Source: Amoeboaphelidium protococcarum X5
Taxonomy: Eukaryota; Fungi; Aphelidiomycota
Length of the DNA: 64,000 bases
Reading direction: 5' to 3'
Assembly (NCBI GenBank): GCA_023515725.1
Contig: JALDTO010000208.1
Location: 840,534 to 904,533, forward strand
Positions 52,960 through 64,000 of the stretch are shown piece by piece. Both the position numbers and the translations under genes were made by a program. The notes under the pieces are model-generated. The model was not told the origin of the DNA and ran no database searches. It saw only the letters and a program-made list of their open reading frames with translations. Positions within the stretch are counted from its first letter, which is position 1; the number at the start of each line of letters is the position of its first letter.

Positions 52960-54884
52960 GCTTATTATTATGTTAAAATAGAATGGTTGAAATATAATAC
53001 AGATGCAAATATAATCTTTCGACTAATGGAAACCTGGAATTGGTGCTGTTGCAAACAAGGATTGATTGATTGTGTAAGGGGGGTCTTCTGATCAGATCAA
53101 GGCTGGTGACTAAAACAATGACTTACCCTCGACTCGCGATGACAATGCGGTCCGTAAATTAAAACATATTCGGAGCTGAATAATACACGTCATTCTTTCA
53201 TGATAAACTAATTAACAAAAGAAAGGACTGCATTGAAGTTCAGTATATATAAATGCAATTATGCATGTACTGTTTCATATCATTGCCGCTCGATAGTACT
53301 AAAAAGCCACAGATCTTTAAAGCTTTTAATGAGAAGCTACCGGCCTCGAAACGGGATTACGAAAACTGAAGTTTGTTAGATTTTAATTTAAAATTGACCT
53401 GAGGCGATAGATATTACCCGCAGACAACTCCATTTGCTTTAATTAATCAGATACATATGAATCTAAGAATGTTAATCTAAATAGACGTTTTCCCAACTGT
53501 AAGCAGTATAAAAAATATTGATTCGTCAGTCAACGCTCTTGAAACACTCTCATCTAGGAAAACAGGTCTCCACATTGAGAATGCCGATGACCCCGCGCTT
53601 GATCCCGGCTGTGTGACCTTTAAGGTTAATTTTGCACTTTTTCATTTGATCAGCGATTGAAATTACAACTTATCCCTTTCACTGATATGCCATCTTCATT
53701 TCTGTAATTATTATGTTTAATCGCACTTGGCTTTGTCCGTGTCACTTGCGATTTCTATTGACGCGATTGATGACATTGTGTAAACGGACTAGAGTTTATG
53801 ATATTCTGTGATCAGAAAATGCACTACTCTGACGCGTCATGTCAGTCATATCATGGCTCTATGTATACATATCTATGCAGCGCGTGTGAAATGTCCTATT
53901 CTCACTATCATTGTGTTGAATGACAATTCACTTGTACGCGCTTTATTAGCTTCGGTTATGGTAAGTTGATATTTATACAATGGCGGAGATGTGCGTGCTA
54001 GTATTGCTGTAGTAACTGGCTATCATACTGTACAGTCTATGAAGATTAAAAACAAAAGTTGGAATTACCGACTGATTATAATTGATGTTAAATTGCACTC
54101 CTGAGACTTTTACTGCTCTATTACTGCAGTTGTTCTAGAGCTAATCTCCACCATCTCTGTAATATATAGATTCTAATTATGGTTATTTGTAGATGTTGTA
54201 TCAAACTCCGTATCTTGGTTCCATTGTGATGGATATTGATGGTGTTATATATGGTTGCAAAGTGATGTGATTGCACTGGGCACTGAAGTCATTTTGTTGA
54301 TAAAAAGCTTAACAATTACTCTGATTGCTACCTATTAACATTGACGTATCCATCAGCATTGTGAATTATCTGTTCTAATCACATCTGCTCTGTGAACCTA
54401 TTGAGCAGATCTGACTTATTGCAGGTTGATGGTGGGTAGAAAGAGACCGATGATGAAGTTTATAGATGACGAGTCCTACTCCGTCTTTGGAGGATGACGA
54501 ATTAAACTATTTGGCAAAACTTCTGAGATCTCGTATTGTATTCTCTGATAGTATGGTTGCTCGATAGCATCTACTATCAGAGTCATTCTCTAAATGAGGT
54601 AGGTAGAAGCATTGAAGTGGGTTGGAGTATGGAGAGTAGCGTAACGCGATAGGCAATTGAAATGATGTTATTAACGACGGTCTACTGAAAGCGATTACAT
54701 GTTGAAACTGCCAGCAGCTCACAATCTGGCATTCACTGATCATTTGCTAACGCGTTACTTCTCTCTCACGCACACTCTTACTCATATTATATGGAACGGG
54801 CAGATTATTATAACATTTGTGATTTGTAGATTACTATAATTGTAATATCTCAAGCTAATAAATGTTATGATTCTATTTGATCAC

Positions 54885-55997
54885 TCACCTTATTTTCATA
54901 GCGCCTTTCACTAGTCTCAAATTTTGCGAAATCGACTTGTCACATTCATTGCAAATCTCTTCTGAATTGAGGCGACGCCCTGGCGTAAAGGCCATATTCT
55001 GCACAGATTATCTCATACGATTTATCATTGAACGTTCCTATTGCAATCGTTCGATACCATTCTTGTGTGACTACCTAGCTTCTTCTAGCATTGTATGAGA
55101 ATCCTTCAGCAACTTTTATGCTTCATCAATCCGAGATACAATGCGCGCTCTCTCGTACAGGCAAACAGCCATCTGATTCTACGCATGTGCTAACATACAA
55201 AACAGGGCGGAAGTCTAATCTTGAGACATTTGAGTACTGATTAGCTGAGACATTCCTGAATATGTCATTATTGCCTCATCGTACTTCTACTACTGCATCT
55301 ACAGATGGCCCAGTCTTTCTATACACGTGCTTAAGCTTTCTGTCAATTCACTCAGTTTAATCTGTCGACTTTATACAATGCGCATAATTTGAGACAACCG
55401 CCCATTGATCATCTTCTCTCCCTTATCATGCAAGTGCCTCGATTCATATAAATCATTCTATTTCAGAGTCACCTCAATCAACTATTCAATTAATTGAAGA
55501 TCTTTCTAATCTGAAGTCCTCTGCCTAGAGTCGGCAATTTATTCATACAATATGCTGGATGCTTCAGTGTACAACTATTCAGCATCAATTTCATTATCAT
55601 TACTGTCAGAACTCTAGATCTCAAGCAACTATGACGTTTCAGCCGCCTCAATAAGCAATCCAACGTACGCAGTCGATTGTCTTAATAAAAATTTAGACTT
55701 AGCAAACAATCTTGAAAGAGAGAATGAAGATAATTATGCATTACGCTAATCCTAAGCAAGCTTGCGCGCCAAATCCACGGTATATTTCATCGAATCGGTC
55801 CATTGTTATTTCATATCATCATTGTTATGCAACGATGGATCTGCCATGATTTTGTGCTTTAAATACAGCGAGTACTTTAAATGATCGTACAGTTGCGGTG
55901 GGTACTCTGACCGGTACTTGCGCATGTAGTCGCTTCTATATCCAACATATACTGCTGCAACAGAGACGGCTGCAATACCAATTTTTTTAGCGCTCAT
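54885..55997 (-). CDS. Membrane-anchored TPR-like protein (possibly Mgr3/TTC19-like, mitochondrial)
   Basis: N-terminal TM IGIAAVSVAAVYVGY; TPR-like IERLGHLQMQQQKYDEAI; C-terminal CNEC; 370-aa frame. Confidence 0.5.
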
Positions 55998-56121
55998 AAT
56001 ACAGTACGCGATAAAAATGACGACAATGAATTGTTCGATGAGAAAAAGATATTGATCGCGAAAGATGACAGCTTTCAGCTTTTTATAACGCCGATATTTA
56101 CCACTGTTAGAAAAAAGGACA

Positions 56122-56859
56122 TCATTCATCTTGCATAATCAGTTTGACATCATTGTCGTCGCAAAGCTTCTACACCTTTAACGCAATGGACGATTAAACA
56201 CATAAATAGACGAGATATCGCTGCGTCTTCCTTTACCATATCTCTTCAGCCACATTGCACTTTAAGATGAAAGATTCGATTTTTTTCAAGTCACTCTTCT
56301 TCATATACGTCTTACACTCCATCAAAATCAAACGATCGGAGCTAAACACGTTCATATCAAACAAGTCTTGATTTTTGTGAATTCGCCTATGAGGATCTAC
56401 GTGAATATAATTTAGCTTGAGACCAACTGACGGAATTCCCTACGGTTCCAGCATCTGTCTGAGCCATTATTTGCTAGATTTTTGAAAGTTTCCACCAAGC
56501 TGAGATGAAATATTGGCATTGAGATTCTTCACAACATCGAGATCTTTTCGGATCTAACGCGTCTCCTGTTTCATCTCATCAAACTTTTGATCATGAATTG
56601 CCAGCGTTTTATCCACGGCTGCAAATTTACTATCAAGGTACTAAATGAGTGACTTTTACGACTCAATAAATTCAGCTCGAGTAACAAAGTCTTAATTTCC
56701 ATCGGATGAATGTTTTGCAAGAGCAGAGACTAGACGCGTTATTTTGATAAATTAGACGTGAACAGGACCATTACACACGGTAGGCAGACAGATAGGAATT
56801 ACCTGAGGAAGACGTTAGGCACGAAGAAACTATAAATTAATGTGAGACAGGCGCAGCAT
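56122..56859 (-). CDS. Coiled-coil + PD-(D/E)XK nuclease-like protein (prokaryotic DUF3782-like architecture)
   Basis: 245-aa frame: FVTRAEF heptads, LGGNFQ, FDMNVFSSDRLILMECKT, IESFILKCNVAEEIW, CDDNDVKLI. Confidence 0.55.
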
Positions 56860-57220
56860 GAATTGATCTTATTGTTGATGATAATGATGATGTTGTTGAT
56901 TGAGAAATGAAAAGCGAAAACTGCTTTTACAGCATTTAAGGAGATCAATTTCCGTTTCACTTCGTCGGCCGGCTCTTCCAAGGTAACACCGTGATCAAGC
57001 GCGTGCACAACCAACCAACCAGTGTCCATTTTAAAGTTGAATTAGTGATGAAAGAAGAGCATAAATTTTAATTTGACTTGGAAGTGTTCATTATCTTCAA
57101 AACTCCATCTGTTTTACATAACAGCCTCAAATGATTAACCAATGCCGATTTGCCTAAAAGCTATTCCGTTTTCTATTTCCACCTTTTTCATATCAGCAAA
57201 ACATTTATATATATGCAAAA

Positions 57221-57988
57221 ATGAGCTCATAGTAAGTGGCTGTAATCGATTTTGATAGTCAATTGTAGCCGAGAAAATAATAAATTGTTGATGCTGATGG
57301 ATTTCAATTGGTTGGCAGTAAAGCAAGAAATATGCGCACTCAATCAAGTAGTGGAAGTGAGATAATAGAGGGTGTGATACATGAGGAAGAATTGAAAGTT
57401 GATCATATCTAAAGGCAGATCGCTGAGAATAATGATCTGATATAGAACAACTAGCTATTTCGAGATCTAATACATCAATTGTAGTAAATAACGCGTTAGA
57501 GGCGCGTCAATGTATTATGTCTTGGACTGGGATCATTACATACAAAGGCGTCCAAGTGTTAATTGAGTCTTTTAAACATCATTTGTTAGAGACTTGATAA
57601 TATTAGTAGCAAATCTGCCTTTGATCCTCACAGCGCCAGTTTGGAATATCTATCTGAACAGTGTAGCTTTACATCATTATAGAATCAAATGGGCTCATAC
57701 GCGTTAGATAGCTGTGAAGATTAGTTTACCATTTGCTTTATGCCTCATTGTCCTCTCTAGCTGTATGATAACTTTATAAAAGTCAACTCTAAAAGTTCCA
57801 ACTTCTGCATCATTGGAAATAATCTAAAAGAATATCACTACAGATCTCATGATCTTTAATCTAAGGCTAAGCATGTCTATGACTGGACTCTGAATTAGAA
57901 ATACTCGGTTCAATGGAAGTACGCATAGCAGCGAGATGGAATCCTCAATGAAGCATTCAGTGACTTGTGTCTATAATTGTTCAATTGA
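57221..57988 (+). CDS. SRR1-domain protein (SRRD/Ber1-like)
   Basis: VLCLGLGS, AFDP, TICFMPHCPLQLYDNF, IIGNNL, EAFSDL. Confidence 0.85.
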
Positions 57989-58403
57989 AGTCTCCATAAT
58001 GTTCTCTCACTGTACAGTATACTATACCTTTTATCTCAGTTTGCTTGAATTCTTCTCTGATAGGAACCATTGACTGGCATATTCCTGTCCTAACGACAGA
58101 CATCAAGCAAAGTGAATTTCATTTTATATTTATAGACAGACTATCACGGTATATAAGTCGACGATATTTTCAGTAAATTAAAGTTTACGATAGCAACGCC
58201 CATTTTTAGCCATTGAGCACAACAGTAACACACAACATAACAACAACAAACAATAGGCTATTCTTCTCTCAATCTCTCTTCAACCAAAAACCAGCCATAG
58301 TCTGTCAAATATAGCAGTTACTTTGTTTAATTAATAATTCACTCCTATATCCTTATTTCATTATCAGTACATACAAAGTAGACTAAATTGTTTTTGAGTA
58401 ATA

Positions 58404-60611
58404 ATGACTTCTGCGTAAAATTAGACGGCATCGTATGGATCGTCGCTGTGGGACAATGTGAATCTGATCGAATAACACTCTCAGGATGGACTGGACTTTA
58501 TGAACAAGTTGCAGGATTTTATGAAGAAGCGAGCTGTGATTGAGTCTGAGTATGCAAAGGCAATCTCAAAGTTGGTTGAGACATCCAAGGACAGTCTCGT
58601 CATTCCAACGAGCATCCCGATGACTTCTGCACCAACCACCACCGGCGACAATAGTAAAAAGGTGAAGAAGCAAGAGTCCAAGATCAATGCTGTCTACGCC
58701 GCCTCCAATGATACCACCATCCCGACTCTGCTCAAGTCTTGGGCTACGATTATGGAGTAGACTGAGCAGACGTCCAAGGTTCATCAGGCCGCTGCCAACT
58801 ACATTGAGAATGATCTGATTAACGCTCTGAAAAATCAGGTTAAGAATTTCGATAATGATCGCAAGAGCAAGCTGAATGAAGTGAAGAACTTGCGCGCTGA
58901 ATTTGGTAAAGTTATGGATTCTCTAGGCAAGACCAAGAAGAACTATGAGACTGCATGCAAAGTGGCTGATGATGCCAGGATTGCCATGGAGAAGGCATCT
59001 AGAAGTATGACGGTGACCAAAGCTCAGGAAGATAGATTGCGCGATGAGGCGAGCAGTAAGGCGAAGAAGGCGGAGGAAGCCGATGAAGAGTTTTAGAAGG
59101 TGCTCGCTATCACCAACTCTAAGCAGAGCCAGTTTTATGAAAAGGATCTCCCTAAAGTGTTGGATGGAATGCAATCTATTGATGAGGCGGGTATTGATTT
59201 CTTAAAGGACATGGAGTCAAAGTATGTGAGCTACCTGGTTGGCACTCAGCTACCTGATCTTACTAAATCGTATAACAAAATGACCGAGTCTGTTAACGCG
59301 GTTGATAAGAGCGCCGACTCTGAGATATTCATCAATAAGAACAAGTCTAATGCTCCCCTTCCTGAAAAGATTCCGTATGAGAACATTTGGGAGAAGTTGA
59401 ATGGTTAGAAGAAGAAGAATGAAGATGATATGTTGTTGGAGAGCATGTCCCCGGAGAAGGCGTACAAGAAAGCCCAGGCCAAGGTGAAGGAGTTGCAGAA
59501 GGAACTTGATCAGGCTGAGAGCAAGCGGTCCGGTATTGAAGTGTTGGCGGAGGCTTATTTGACCACTCCTCAGTTGGCTGATAGCAAGACGCTGATGGAT
59601 ATCAACAATTAGTTGGAAGATATTGAGACCAAGATTGACACGTTTAGATTGAAAAAGTACAAGTATGAGTGTTTCTTGGCTACTGCAGAAGCTAAAGATT
59701 TACCAGCAATTCCAGCGTTATATGCAGATGGTAAGGCTGGTCCATAGGCTACTCATTTGAAGAATCAGATTCTAGGATCATCCAAGGGTGCTTTGGCAGC
59801 TGGCTCTAGTGCTTAGAGTTCTTCAAGTTTGTTCAGCAATAGCGGTGGTATGGGTAGTAGTACGGCTTCGATGACTGTTAAGGGAGTGCCTGAAAAGGGT
59901 CCAAGCAGTGCCAAGCTGGAAACTGTCAAAGAGATCCCGGCATAATAAGCTAGTGCCAATAGCTCAACTGCTGCCAAAAAGAATGACCCTAAAGATAATT
60001 AGAGTGGAGCACCTGCGCCTCAATCTAATGTCGATGCTAAGAAGGCAGGCGCGGCGGTTGATGCTAAAGCTGTGAATGCTGCAGATGCTAAGAAACTTGC
60101 TGAGTAGCAGAAGAAGAATGATGCCAAGTCTGCTGCAGATCAAAAGAAAGCTGAAGCAAAGGCTGCCGAATAGAAGAAGGTTGATGCCAAGGCTGCAGAA
60201 GCTAAAGCCGCTGAACAGAAGAAGGCTGATGCTAAGGCTGCGGAAGCTGCTGCAAAGTAGCAGTCAACAGCAAAGAGCGATCCGAAGACTGCTAAAGATA
60301 GTGCTAAAAATTTGGCTCAAGCAGCGGCTGCTACTAAATCATAGAAAGATCTCAAGACTGCCCCTTCCGCCGCTGCTGCTGCTGCAGAATAGAAATCTCA
60401 GCCAGCAGCTGCGGCTCAGACTAAAGCTAGCGAAGGAGTGAAATACAAGACGCTCTTTGACTTTGAGGGTGATGCCGCGAATGAGGAACTTCCATTTAAA
60501 GCCGGAGAGATTTTGACAGTGCTGGAGCAGGATGATAGTGGATGGTGGAGTGCTAGGAACGGTGCAGGCAAAGAAGGCTTCATTCCTCATAATTATGTCG
60601 AGAAGGTCTGA
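58404..60611 (+). CDS. F-BAR + HR1-like + SH3 protein (CIP4/Toca/Bzz1-like)
   Basis: YGSSLWD, FMKKRAVIESEYAKAISKL, FYEKDLPKVLD; Ala/Lys-rich linker; SH3 LFDFEG..ELPFKAGE..DSGWW..GFIPHNYV. Confidence 0.9.
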
Positions 60612-60783
60612 GTTTGTCTAGATCATGATGATGATGATAGTGATGTACTACTTGATTGTTATAGTGTTTCGGAGTAAATGGCGATATAAATAACTCTTGA
60701 ACTTTTTCTTTTAACTTGAAGTTTCGCGTACTTTAGTAGATCATCTCACTTTAAACATTGCTTTCAACCTTTTTAAATCTGAA

Positions 60784-61243
60784 ATGAACAGTAATAGTCG
60801 ATCGCGATTTAACAATTAAGAGGAAGATGACAATTATTTACTAGGTGACTTTGACAGCGACGGTGCTGACTAAGATGACAAGGAGAATTCAACTGTTAAA
60901 GACCAATTTTCGATGGCGATGGAGATTGAACCAAAGTAACCGCACTAATCAACCGCTGCGAATGGAAACGTACTGATCGAAAGTCTTTAAAAATAGGTAG
61001 TGACTCAGCCTCAGCGTTCTTTTTCAGTATAAACGCCGCTCATATGTGTAGGTTGAAGAATTGTAAAGGCAGAATATAGTCCTGGTGAAGAACGTGTCTC
61101 AGTTATACCGAACGGCGTAAAAAGAGCTCTCTTACAAGAATCAAGTGATCAAAGAATTGCGCGATCAACTTGCGACCTAACAATCATATTAATCAGGTCG
61201 GTCATCTTAGTAATAGTAATAGTATTAGAATAGGAAAAGATGA
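60784..61243 (+). CDS. Small coiled-coil protein resembling the FLASH/CASP8AP2 N-terminal domain (intron 60997-61051)
   Basis: Spliced 134-aa frame containing VLVKNVSQLYRTAQKELSYKNQVIKELRDQL. Confidence 0.55.
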
Positions 61244-61300
61244 ATTCTATATGACTGCAATATTCTTGTAAAATAAAATGCGATAATCATTGGAACAAAA

Positions 61301-62992
61301 TCACAGTTAACCTTTAATGTCCACTTTCATGTACTTTTGCATGGCCTGATTGAACTGTGCTTAAACTTGCTTTGCATCCAGCGCATTAGTATCAGCTTCA
61401 GGCTCAATTCCAAATTAATTCAAAAATTGTATAAGGTCATCACGCGAATCAAATCCAAGTAATTCTGTGAGCCATTAGATATCCAGAGAAGGTCTTATAG
61501 CCTTGCTAGTTACAGCCATGCACCGGACACGTTCCCGTTCCACGATTCCTTTCATCAAAAATCGGCCCAGATTAGGACACGACGCGTACAGTTTAAAGAG
61601 GTGGCAGAAATCACCCAAAGCCAGGCAACTTCGAACACTCAGAGCATGTGTGACTTCCTCACTACTCACAAATGATTATGAACAAGTCTCGAGATTTTAA
61701 AGAAACTGATTAACAGCTCCCTTATTCTGTGTAAGTAGGAAATACAGCAGTCTGTACGCGGCAAACTCTTCCCTGTGACCATAATCGTCAATCAGCCGAT
61801 ACATTACATTAAGCTAACTCTAGCACTAATTGAATTCACCCAAATCATTGACTTGCAATGCAATACGAGCGTGAGTTTCATATACCTGAATGGTAAACTC
61901 TTCGCGAATCATCTGCACAGTCATATCTTGCCGAATACTTTTCAGCTGATCATTAACCCAGAGATACGCTTCTTTCAATTCATCCTCAGTCTTATCACCA
62001 TTCAAACTCCACTTCCATCTATTCTTAATCTTGAGCAAGGCACGAATAAGAATTTTCTTTGGTCGAACAGTAGAAGGATCTGGTGCTTAAGTTAATCGAA
62101 GATACTACTTTTCTAGACTCTGATTAGTGCCCACAATTCTACAATTTATATTGTCATGATGAGCTTCTCCATGCACGTCAATTGAGAAAGAGAGAGGACT
62201 CAATGTACGGGGCGTGTTATTACCAGTATTCATACCATTTCCACTATCTGCAATGAATCGATTCCGCCTCTATTATAATTTCTATGGAGAGTTAAACTCA
62301 GACTCTGCAGTGTGATCAATATGCTTGAATTGCTTAATCTTCTTCTATTATTATTACTATTATTATTGCTGTTATTGATCATTACCATTCAATTGAGTTG
62401 GAGACGTCTATTTTCTCTTCTAAGACGCAATACGAGGCGGTTCCTATGAAAGTGATGAATGTGCTACTGCGGCCTTATTACCGCCAACATGTTATGGGAC
62501 AGACGTTGCAATCTATTACGCAGCCTGGGAACTACTGCCGTTCCTTCGTGGCTAGGACGAGCTCTATGAAGCTTATTAGGATTAAAGCTAACTAGTCTAT
62601 GGAGACTCTCTAACAAACTATATTGGACTTTAAGCAGTTACTACTGATTCTGATTAAGATTTTAATTATTATGCAGCTTTATCTTGATGCTTCCGCTTTC
62701 TATTCACACCATTGGCGTAAATTCCCAAAGATATATCCGTAGCCTGTTGCAGTAAATCTTCAATCTACTCATTCTAATAACTGTTCCAATCTAAAGTCCA
62801 CAACTATCGACTCTTTTTTACATCATTAATGATCTCACTTATACTCTGTGTGATGGTGTCTCTCAGCGGAGATCCCTTTGGAATTCGTTTAAATATTCTC
62901 TGGACCCATTTATATAAATCTGGAGGCCACTTCTTCTCCTATTATTACTACTATTACTACTATTATTAAACCTACTGCTAACCACTAGACAT
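61301..62992 (-). CDS. THP3: SAC3/GANP-family protein Thp3/LENG8
   Basis: [60 protein letters not shown]-terminal VDIKGQL. Confidence 0.9.
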
Positions 62993-63314
62993 ATTCAAAT
63001 ACAAAATTGCTATTAACTTATATGCTTAAATAGAACAACAGAGAGCTGTCCCGTACTGTATATAATGCGTCTCTATCTCAACACAACTGGCCGGTAAGTG
63101 AATTTTAGAGAAAAAGTTGAGAAGAATTTCGCGTTTTAAGAAATTCGTCATTAAGTTGCACGTGTCAACTAAAACTACAGTAAACAAGTAAGAAATAAAA
63201 CACACAAAGAAGCCTATAATACCCTTATTATAATATCTCTTTATTGTTCCTATAATTCTTTTCATTTCGTATTTTACTTCATTAAATTTACCTCAACTCA
63301 GAACGTATTTCAAC

Positions 63315-64000
63315 TCAGTGACCAATGATCAAAGCCAAAAGAGCCATGCGAACATACAAGCCATACTTCATCTATCTGAAGTAGGCAGCGCGAGAGTCAA
63401 AGTCAACTTCAGGATCAATTTCATTGACTCTTGGCAGTGGATGCATCAAGATCATGTGAGCCTTGGCCTTCTGCATAGTGGTATTGGTAATAGTGAACGC
63501 ATTCTTTACGCGTTCATACTCCTTCGCATCAGTGAACCGTTCCTTCTACACACGAGTCACGTAAATGACATCGGAGCGTGTAATCAGATCATCACTCAAC
63601 TCCTGGAACTGCTACTACTACAGGCCGGCCTTGGATAGTTCTTTCACCAGATCTTGCGGCATCTCAAGGCCAGGCGGTGCGACATAATTCACCTTGACGT
63701 CGTACAGAGCGAGAATCTTCACCAAACTGTGCACAGTTCTGCCATTCTTCAAATCACCAACCACGGTAATGTTGAGTCCATTGACAGTTCCCAGCTCCTC
63801 TCTGATAGTGTACACATCCAGGAATGCCTGAGTAGGATGTTCACCAATACCATCGCCAGCATTAATCACAGGCACTTTCGAGACCTTGGCAGCCTATTGA
63901 CACGATCCAATTTCAGGATGACGCAGAGCAACAGCATCGGCATAACATGCCACAGTTCTCACAGTGTCCTCCAATGATTCCCCCTTCTGAACGGATGAAC
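63315..64000 (-). CDS. URA2: Aspartate carbamoyltransferase domain, probably the C-terminus of CAD/Ura2 (partial, runs off the window)
   Basis: [59 protein letters not shown]. Confidence 0.93.

Noticed and set aside
53690-54500. Hydrophobic frames suggesting a decayed membrane-protein gene
   Set aside because: Multiple TGA and frame breaks and no identifiable family; cannot be supported without a homology search.
62340-62980. TTA/CTA microsatellite-like runs
   Set aside because: They are poly-Gln tracts (TAA/TAG codons) inside THP3, not independent repeats.

Overview
This is a gene-dense eukaryotic nuclear window (about 35 protein genes, short intergenic spacers, GT-AG introns of ~50-125 nt) that uses a non-standard genetic code. 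TAA and TAG encode Gln and TGA is the only stop (translation table 6), so the supplied standard-code ORF track cuts every gene into pieces. All coordinates below come from manual re-translation with TAR=Gln. The fungal-like gene content together with this code points to an aphelid such as Amoeboaphelidium (inference). Most genes are housekeeping (NudC, Tim13, PPT1, BiP, Arp1, PKA-R, eRF3, NDUFS8, MAK16, CAD/URA2 and others). Four things stand out. (1) An intact 810-aa tyrosine-recombinase gene, already adapted to the host code, is flanked by TTGCAC repeats and looks like a Crypton-like DNA transposon. (2) A 271-bp non-coding foldback element has ~50-bp terminal inverted repeats beginning GTAATTGCAC and four phased, strand-specific C-GA...GTGA-G hairpins; it is a candidate non-autonomous partner or ssDNA substrate of that recombinase. 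(3) A CSL/RBPJ transcription-factor gene has eight CSL-type binding sites in its own upstream 400 bp. (4) Several proteins are unusual: an actin-fragmin kinase head-to-head with Arp1, a RapGAP-remnant/RhoGEF fusion, a stand-alone Cdt1 C-terminal domain, a FLASH-like coiled-coil protein and a prokaryote-like PD-(D/E)XK protein. Family assignments rest on motif recognition from memory, not on database searches.
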